Program-made: the position numbers and the translations under genes
Notes under the pieces: model-generated
Told to the model about the DNA's origin: nothing
Database searches by the model: none
What the model saw: only the letters and a program-made list of their open reading frames with translations
Assembly (NCBI GenBank): GCA_035463715.1
Contig: DATHSY010000091.1
Location: forward strand, 1-36,696
Direction: 5' to 3'
Length of the DNA: 36,696 bases
Source: Actinomycetota bacterium
Lineage (GTDB): Bacteria > Actinomycetota > UBA4738 > HRBIN12
In this document: positions 30,363 through 36,696 of the stretch, piece by piece
Position numbering within the stretch: the first letter of the stretch is position 1
Layout of the letters: every line of letters begins with the position of its first letter

Positions 30363-31670
30363 GTGATCCCGCGCTACACGCTCCCCGACATGGCCGAAGT
30401 CTGGTCGGACCGGGCGCGGCTCCGTCACTGGCTCGAGATCGAGATCCTCGCCGTCGAGGCCTGGGCCCGGCTCGGGCGGATCCCAGAGGCGGACGCCCAC
30501 GCGGTCCGCGAGCGCGCCTCTTTCGACGTGCATCGTGTCGAGGAGCTCGAGCGCGTCACCAAGCACGACGTCGCCGCGTTCGTGCAGGACGTCGCGTCGT
30601 CCGTTGGCGACGCCGGCCGATGGATCCACCTGGGGCTGACGTCCTCGGACGTGCTCGACACGGGCTTCGCGCTCCAGCTCCGCGAGGCGACCGACCTGCT
30701 GCTGGCGCGGCTCGAACGGCTGCTGGCCGTCGTGAAGGCGATGGCGCTCGAGCACCGCGACACCCTGATGGCCGGCCGGACCCACGGAGTCGTCGCCGAG
30801 CCGACGACCTTCGGACACAAGCTCGCGCTCTGGGCCTTCGAGCTCGACCGCGACCGCGAGCGGCTCCGGCGCGCGCGCGACGTCGTCTCGGTCGGCAAGG
30901 TCTCCGGTGCGGTCGGGACCTACGCGCAGGTCGAGCCGGCCGTGGAGGAGGAGGTGTGCTCCCGCCTCGGTCTCCGGCCGGCCGAGGCGAGCAACCAGAT
31001 CGTCCCGCGCGACCGTCACGCCGACTACCTCGCGACGCTCGCTGTGATCGCCGGAACGCTAGACGGGGTTGCGACCGAGCTCCGGCAGCTCGCGCGGACC
31101 GAGGTCCGGGAGGTGCAGGAGCCGTTCGCCCACGGGCAGAAGGGCTCCTCCGCGATGCCCCACAAGCGGAACCCCGTCCGCTGCGAGCGGATCACAGGGC
31201 TGGCGCGCGTCGTGCGCGCCGCCGCGACGGTCGGGTTCGAGAACCAGGTGCTCTGGCACGAGCGCGACATCTCACACTCCTCCGCCGAACGCGTCGTCGT
31301 CCCCGACGCGACCACCGCGCTGCACTTCATGCTCGTCGAGACCACGGACGTGCTCCAGGGGCTCCGCGTCTTCCCCGACCGGATGCGGGCGAACCTCGAT
31401 GTCGGCGGCGGGCTCGTGTACTCCCAGAACGTCCTGCTGGCGATGATCGACGCCGGGATGTCGCGCGACGACGCGTACCGGATCGTGCAGGCCGCCGCGG
31501 GGGCGGCCTGGGACGAGGGGCGCACGTTCCGCGACCAGATCGCCGCCCTTCCGGAGGTCCGTGAACGGATCGGCGACCGGCTCGACGAGCTGTTCGACCC
31601 GGTGCGGGCGCTCCGCAACCTCGACGTGGTGTTCGACCGGCTCACCAAGCTCCAGGTGGAGGACGCATGA
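30363..31670 (+). CDS. purB: Adenylosuccinate lyase
   Basis: IPRYTLPDM N-terminus, fumarate-lyase signature GSSAMPHKRNP. 435 aa. Confidence 0.96.
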   Translation: MIPRYTLPDMAEVWSDRARLRHWLEIEILAVEAWARLGRIPEADAHAVRERASFDVHRVEELERVTKHDVAAFVQDVASSVGDAGRWIHLGLTSSDVLDTGFALQLREATDLLLARLERLLAVVKAMALEHRDTLMAGRTHGVVAEPTTFGHKLALWAFELDRDRERLRRARDVVSVGKVSGAVGTYAQVEPAVEEEVCSRLGLRPAEASNQIVPRDRHADYLATLAVIAGTLDGVATELRQLARTEVREVQEPFAHGQKGSSAMPHKRNPVRCERITGLARVVRAAATVGFENQVLWHERDISHSSAERVVVPDATTALHFMLVETTDVLQGLRVFPDRMRANLDVGGGLVYSQNVLLAMIDAGMSRDDAYRIVQAAAGAAWDEGRTFRDQIAALPEVRERIGDRLDELFDPVRALRNLDVVFDRLTKLQVEDA

Positions 31671-32620
31671 CGACGACGAGCAAGCTGCACGCGCAGGGCA
31701 AGGTGCGAGACGTCTACGACGTCGGCGACGACAGGCTGTTGCTCGTCGCAACCGACCGCATCTCGGCGTTCGACGTGGTGTTGCCGAACCCGATCCCCGA
31801 CAAGGGTCGCGTGCTGACGGGGCTCACGCTGTTCTGGCTGGACCGCACGAGTGATCTCGTCGGCAACCACCTCGTGAGCGCCGACCGACGCGACTTCCCG
31901 GAGCCGTTGCGCAGCGAGCCGTCGCTCGCCGGCCGCGCCATGCTCGTGAGAAGGGCGGACGTGGTCCCCGTGGAGTGCGTCGCGCGTGGCTACCTCACCG
32001 GGTCCGGGCTGAAGCAGTACCGCGCCGAGGCGCACGTGTGTGGCGTGCCGCTTCCGCCTGGGCTGGAGGAAGCGTCTCGTCTGCCGGAGCCGATCTTCAC
32101 GCCGACGACGAAGGCGGCCGAGGGGCACGATATGCCGCTCACGTTCGACGAGACGGTCGACCTGATCGGGCGCGGGCTCGCCGAACGCCTGCGCGAGCTG
32201 ACGATCGCCCTGTACGAGCGAGGTGCCGAGGTCGCGCTCGAGCGCGGGATCATCGTGGCCGACACCAAGTTCGAGTTCGGGTTCGCGGACGGCGAGCTGA
32301 TCCTGATCGACGAGGTGCTCACGCCCGACTCCTCCCGGTTCTGGCCGGCGGACGGCTACACCCCGGGGCGCGTACAGCCGAGCTTCGACAAGCAGCTCGT
32401 CCGCGACTGGCTCGATGCGAGCGGCTGGGACCAGGAGCCACCTCCGCCCGAGCTGCCGGCAGAGGTGATCGCGAAGACCGCGCTCACGTACCACGAGGCC
32501 TACGAGCGCCTGACCGGCGAGAAGTTCGACCACTACCGTCACCGCATGGGGATCATGTCCGAGCACGACTGGGAGCGGTGCGCGGTCGACCTCGAACGGC
32601 TACGGCAGGAGCACGGATGA
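31667..32620 (+). CDS. purC: SAICAR synthase (long actinobacterial-type form)
   Basis: GKVRDVY, ATDRISAFD, IVADTKFEFG, DEVLTPDSSRFW. ATGA overlap with purB. Confidence 0.95.
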   Translation: MTTTSKLHAQGKVRDVYDVGDDRLLLVATDRISAFDVVLPNPIPDKGRVLTGLTLFWLDRTSDLVGNHLVSADRRDFPEPLRSEPSLAGRAMLVRRADVVPVECVARGYLTGSGLKQYRAEAHVCGVPLPPGLEEASRLPEPIFTPTTKAAEGHDMPLTFDETVDLIGRGLAERLRELTIALYERGAEVALERGIIVADTKFEFGFADGELILIDEVLTPDSSRFWPADGYTPGRVQPSFDKQLVRDWLDASGWDQEPPPPELPAEVIAKTALTYHEAYERLTGEKFDHYRHRMGIMSEHDWERCAVDLERLRQEHG

Positions 32621-32880
32621 GCCGTCGTCGTTTCGAGGTCTTGGTGTCGCTCAAGCCGGGTCTGCTGGATCCGCAGGGCAAGGCGGTCGAGGGGGCGCTC
32701 CCCGCGCTCGGGTGGAGCAACGTCACGGGCGTCCGGGTGGGTAAGCACATCGAGCTCACGGTGGACGCCGGATCGGACGAACAGGCGCGCGCGCAGGTCG
32801 AGGAGATGGCGGTCCGCCTGCTCTCGAACCCCGTGATCGAGACGTTCCGGATCCTCGCCGCCGAGGAGGCGAACCCGTGA
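32617..32880 (+). CDS. purS: FGAM synthase subunit PurS
   Basis: 87 aa, VLVSLKPGLLDPQGKAVEGAL..LG pattern. ATGA overlap with purC, GTGA overlap with purQ. Confidence 0.9.
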   Translation: MSRRRFEVLVSLKPGLLDPQGKAVEGALPALGWSNVTGVRVGKHIELTVDAGSDEQARAQVEEMAVRLLSNPVIETFRILAAEEANP

Positions 32881-33587
32881 GCGAACCTCGCCCGCGCGTG
32901 GGCGTGATCACTTTCCCGGGGTCGCTGGACGACCGCGACGCGATCCGCGCGGTCGAGACGATGGGCGGGCAGGGCGTGCCGATCTGGCACGCGGACACGT
33001 CGCTCGGCGACGTCGACGCCCTGATCCTGCCCGGCGGGTTCTCGTACGGAGATTACCTGCGGACGGGCGCGATCGCGCGATTCGCCCGCGTGATGGAGGC
33101 CGTCGCCGCGTTCGCCGACGCCGGAGGGCCGGTCGTCGGGGTCTGCAACGGCTTCCAGATCCTGTGCGAGGCCGGGATGCTTCCCGGGGCGCTGATCCGC
33201 AACCGCTCGCTGCGGTTCGTGTGCAAGCCGGTCGACGTGCGCGTCGAGACGTCCCTGTCGGCGCTGACCGAGGGGCTGATCGCCGGCGACGTCCTTCGGA
33301 TCCCGGTGAAGCACGGCGAGGGGCAGTTCGTCGTGACCGAGGAAGAGCTCCCCAGGCTCGAGGGCGATGGGCTGGTGGTCTTGCGGTACTGCGGGCCCGA
33401 CGGCGAGCTGGACGACCGCCACAACGTGAACGGCAGCACGGGCTCGATCGCCGGCGTCCGCAACGAGCGAGGCAACGTCGTCGGTCTGATGCCGCACCCG
33501 GAGCACGCGGTCGACCCGGACGTCGGCACCACGGACGGGCAGGCGCTGTTCGCGTCGCTGCTGTCGTTCGCGGCCGCGAAGGTCTGA
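32877..33587 (+). CDS. purQ: FGAM synthase glutaminase subunit PurQ
   Basis: Class I GATase. LPGGFSYGDYLR, nucleophile context GVCNGFQIL, MPHPE. Confidence 0.95.
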   Translation: MSEPRPRVGVITFPGSLDDRDAIRAVETMGGQGVPIWHADTSLGDVDALILPGGFSYGDYLRTGAIARFARVMEAVAAFADAGGPVVGVCNGFQILCEAGMLPGALIRNRSLRFVCKPVDVRVETSLSALTEGLIAGDVLRIPVKHGEGQFVVTEEELPRLEGDGLVVLRYCGPDGELDDRHNVNGSTGSIAGVRNERGNVVGLMPHPEHAVDPDVGTTDGQALFASLLSFAAAKV

Positions 33588-33588
33588 G

Positions 33589-35787
33589 GTGGAGGTCGAG
33601 CAGCCGCTGCACCGCGCGCTCGGGCTGACCGACGACGAGCTCGAGCGGATCCGCGAACGGCTCGGCAGGGACCCGAACCCGACCGAGCTCGCGATGTACG
33701 GCGCGATGTGGTCCGAGCACTGCTCGTACAAGAGCTCGAAGATCCACCTGCGCCGCCTGCCGACCGAGGGCCCACAGGTCCTCGTGGGACCGGGCCAGGA
33801 CGCCGGAGCGGTCGACGTGGGAGACGCCCTCGCCGTCGTGTTCAAGATGGAGTCGCACTCGCATCCGAGTGCGATCGAGCCGTACCAGGGCGCCGCGACC
33901 GGCGTGGGTGGGATCGTCCGGGACGTCGTGTCGATGGGCGCGCGTCCGATCGCGCTGCTCGACCCGCTGCGGTTCGGTCCGCTCACCGACGAGCGCAACC
34001 GGTACCTGTTCGAGGGCGTCGTCGCGGGGATCGGCGGCTACGGGAACCGCATCGGGGTCCCCACGGTCGGCGGCGAGATCGCGTTCGCCGAGCCGCACGG
34101 CGCGAACCCGGCGGTGAACGTGATGTGCGTCGGTGTCGCCCCGGCCGAGCGACTCGTGACGGGCGCGCGCGCGGTCGCGGACGGCTCGATCATGGTGTTG
34201 ATCGGGGCCGCGACGGGGCGCGACGGCATCGGCGGCGTGTCCGTCCTCGCGTCGCGAACGATCGAGGACGATGCGGCCGAGAGCCGTCCGAGCGTGCAGA
34301 TCGGCGACCCGTTCGCCGAGAAGCTGCTGATCGAAGCGTGCCTCGAGCTCGTCGAACGAGGGCTCCTCGAGGGCCTCCAGGACCTCGGCGGCGCCGGCAT
34401 CACGTGCGCCGTCAGCGAGTCGGCCTCCCGCGCCGGGATGGGCGCGGTTCTTCGCCTGGACGCCGTCCCGCTCCGCGAGCCGGAGATGGAGGCGTTCGAG
34501 ATCCTGACGAGCGAATCGCAGGAGCGCATGCTCGCGATCGTCGCGCCCGAACGGGTCCGGGCCGTCGAGGACGTCTGCCGCCGGTGGGGCCTCGCGTGCG
34601 TCCCGATCGGGGCCCTCGTGCCGGGCGGCGGACTCCGCGTCGAGGCGGACGGGGTGATCGTCGCCGAGGTGCCCGCCCGGTCGCTCGCCGACGAGGGGCC
34701 CGAGTACGACCGGCCGATGGCACCGCCGTCAACTGGGGACGGGGATATCGACGACGACCCGACGTTCGCGATGGTGACGACGGCGCCGGCCGATGCGTTC
34801 TTCGGCGTCCTGACGTCCCCCAACGTGGCCAGCAAGCGGTGGGTGTGGGAGCAATACGACTGGATCGTTCAGGGTGAGACGGTGGTCGGGCCAGGCGGCG
34901 ATGCCGCGCTGATCCGGCTCGAGGGCAGCGTCAAGGCGATCGCGGTCTCGACCGACGGCAAGGGTCGGTTCGGCCACCTCGACCCGTACCTCGGCGCGGC
35001 GCACGCCGTGGCCGAGGCCGCCCGGAACGTCGCCACGGTCGGTGCCACGCCGCTCGCCATCACGAACTGCCTGAACTTCGGGAACCCCGAGCGTCCGGAG
35101 GTGATGTGGCAGTTCGCCGAGTCGATCCGCGGCATGGCCGATGCGTGTCGCGCGCTCAACACGCCGGTCACCGGCGGGAACGTGAGCTTCTACAACGGGT
35201 CCGGCGGTTCGGCGATCTGGCCGACCCCGGTGATCGGCATGCTCGGCGTGATCGAGGACCACCGCCTCGCGGTCGGTCACGCGTTCGTCCCCGGGACGTT
35301 CGTGTACCTGCTCGGCGAGACCTTCGCCGAGCTCGGCGGGAGCGAGTTCGCGGACGTCGTGCTCGGGCGGATCGCCGGACGCCCTCCCGCGCTCGACCTC
35401 GATCGAGAACGCAGGCTGCAGCGGATGCTGATCGAGGCCGCCGCGCTCGACCTCGTGTCGTCGGCCCACGACTGCGCCGAGGGTGGCGTGGCCGTGGCGC
35501 TCGCGGAGTCGGCGATCGCGGGCGGCACGGGGTTCGCGGTCACGCTGGCGGGCGACCTTCCCCCCCACGTCGCCCTGTTCTCCGAATCCGCCTCTCGAGC
35601 CGTCGTGTCCGTTTCCCCGGCGCGCGCCGCCCGGCTCGAGGAGCTCGCGATCGCGCTCGAGGTCCCGTTCGTCAGGATCGGCGAGACCGGTGGCCCGCGG
35701 ATCGTCTTCGACCGGATCTTCGAGACGACGGTCGACGAGGTGAGCGCCGCGTACGAGGAGGCGCTGCCCAAGCTGCTCGCAGGGTGA
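33589..35787 (+). CDS. purL: FGAM synthase subunit PurL
   Basis: MWSEHCSYKSS, ESHSHPSAIEPYQGAATGVGGI, and duplicated AIR-synthase-like domains. 732 aa. Confidence 0.96.
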   Translation: MEVEQPLHRALGLTDDELERIRERLGRDPNPTELAMYGAMWSEHCSYKSSKIHLRRLPTEGPQVLVGPGQDAGAVDVGDALAVVFKMESHSHPSAIEPYQGAATGVGGIVRDVVSMGARPIALLDPLRFGPLTDERNRYLFEGVVAGIGGYGNRIGVPTVGGEIAFAEPHGANPAVNVMCVGVAPAERLVTGARAVADGSIMVLIGAATGRDGIGGVSVLASRTIEDDAAESRPSVQIGDPFAEKLLIEACLELVERGLLEGLQDLGGAGITCAVSESASRAGMGAVLRLDAVPLREPEMEAFEILTSESQERMLAIVAPERVRAVEDVCRRWGLACVPIGALVPGGGLRVEADGVIVAEVPARSLADEGPEYDRPMAPPSTGDGDIDDDPTFAMVTTAPADAFFGVLTSPNVASKRWVWEQYDWIVQGETVVGPGGDAALIRLEGSVKAIAVSTDGKGRFGHLDPYLGAAHAVAEAARNVATVGATPLAITNCLNFGNPERPEVMWQFAESIRGMADACRALNTPVTGGNVSFYNGSGGSAIWPTPVIGMLGVIEDHRLAVGHAFVPGTFVYLLGETFAELGGSEFADVVLGRIAGRPPALDLDRERRLQRMLIEAAALDLVSSAHDCAEGGVAVALAESAIAGGTGFAVTLAGDLPPHVALFSESASRAVVSVSPARAARLEELAIALEVPFVRIGETGGPRIVFDRIFETTVDEVSAAYEEALPKLLAG

Positions 35788-35812
35788 CACGCCACTGTGC
35801 TTGGATAGCCGC

Positions 35813-36696
35813 ATGGCAGACGTGCGGGCCGGCATCAGCGTCGCGGAGCTCCAGCTGGCGGCGCGCAACCACGGGATGCCGCTCGAGGCGCTCAGGTACG
35901 ACGTCACGCCGGCGGGGCTGCACTACCTGCTGATCCACTCCGACATCCCCGACGTCGACGCGACGTCCTGGCGGCTGTCGATCGACGGTGCGGTTCGGAC
36001 TCCGGTCAGGCTCAGCCTGGACGAGCTCCGCTCGCGTCCGCGCGTATCGCTCGCGGTGACGCTCGAGTGCGCGGGCAACGGCCGTGCGCTGCTCGAGCCG
36101 CACGTCGAGAGCCAGCCCTGGCTGGTCGAGGCCGTCGGCAACGCCGTGTGGACGGGCACGCCGCTGCGAGGCGTGCTCGAGGACGCCGGCCTGGATGATG
36201 GCGTGCAGGAGATCGTCCTCACCGGGCTGGACCACGGTCTGGACCACGAGGTCGAGCAGGACTACCAGCGCAGCCTCCCACTGGGAGAGGCGATGCGCGA
36301 CGACGTGCTCCTCGCGTACGAGATGAACGGCGCACCGCTTCCGCCGCAGCACGGGTTCCCGCTTCGCGTGATCGTGCCCGGCTGGTACGGGATGACCCAC
36401 GTGAAGTGGCTCGGGTTGATCACCGCGGTGACGGTACCGTTCGAGGGCTTCCAGATGACGGGGTCGTACCGGATCTGGAGCAGCGACGACGACGGTGAAC
36501 CGGGCGAGCCCGTCACGCGGATCCCCCCGCGCGCGCTGATGCGCCCGCCGGGGTTCCCCGACTTCTTCACCAGGCACCGGGTCGTCGAGCGGGGCGAGGT
36601 CGAGCTCGACGGCCGGGCCTGGTCGGGCGTCGCCCCGATCGAGCGGGTCGAGGTGAGCGTCGACGGTGGCGAGACCTGGCGCGACGCCAGGCTGGG
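35813..36696 (+). CDS. Sulfite-oxidase-family molybdopterin oxidoreductase (3'-partial, runs off the window)
   Basis: Hand translation from ATG 35813 stays open to the window end. Sequence: MADVRAGISVAELQLAARNHGMPLE...LTLECAGNGRA (Mo-ligand Cys context)...LAYEMNGAPLPPQHGFPLRVIVPGWYGMTHVKWL...ERVEVSVDGGETW. Not in the ORF track because no stop is reached. Confidence 0.85.
   Translation, partial: MADVRAGISVAELQLAARNHGMPLEALRYDVTPAGLHYLLIHSDIPDVDATSWRLSIDGAVRTPVRLSLDELRSRPRVSLAVTLECAGNGRALLEPHVESQPWLVEAVGNAVWTGTPLRGVLEDAGLDDGVQEIVLTGLDHGLDHEVEQDYQRSLPLGEAMRDDVLLAYEMNGAPLPPQHGFPLRVIVPGWYGMTHVKWLGLITAVTVPFEGFQMTGSYRIWSSDDDGEPGEPVTRIPPRALMRPPGFPDFFTRHRVVERGEVELDGRAWSGVAPIERVEVSVDGGETWRDARL

Overview
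Very GC-rich, actinobacterial-type chromosomal segment with strong G/C third-codon-position bias. It is almost entirely core housekeeping genes in tightly coupled operons, many with 4-nt ATGA/GTGA start-stop overlaps. In order: 5'-truncated dnaB carrying a 424-codon LAGLIDADG intein; nth; a DRG/Obg-like TGS GTPase; tRNA-Gly(CCC); trpD; a disrupted dcd (in-frame TAG plus a frameshifting internal deletion). Next comes a minus-strand module of soluble NarL-type histidine kinase, LuxR-type response regulator and a 1085-aa HEAT-repeat protein with acidic Pro/Glu tandem repeats. A membrane-anchored HdrD-like Fe-S oxidoreductase follows, divergent from a six-gene heat-shock operon dnaK-hsp20-grpE-dnaJ-hspR-clpB. 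Then a membrane cluster (unknown paralog A, PspC-domain protein, LiaF-like protein, mini 2-TM protein, unknown paralog B, LemA); an MFS transporter; an MBL-fold hydrolase; a DUF2090-like aldolase-fold protein; a dodecin. The window ends with purA-purD-purE(divergent)-purB-purC-purS-purQ-purL and a 3'-truncated sulfite-oxidase-like molybdoenzyme that is missing from the ORF track because it runs off the window. I see no CRISPR array, transposase, integrase, prophage, toxin-antitoxin pair or recognisable defence system. The only mobile element is the intein. The best candidates for something undescribed are modest: (i) the PspC/LiaF-like/LemA cluster bracketed by two diverged paralogs of an unknown membrane protein, with no kinase; (ii) the HK-RR-giant HEAT protein module. 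Other oddities are a sharp A/T-ending codon patch exactly over the intein C-terminal splice junction, the dcd pseudogene, hsp20 and clpB fused into the dnaK/hspR operon, and a degenerate PurE. Long ORFs antisense to real genes are GC-bias artefacts.
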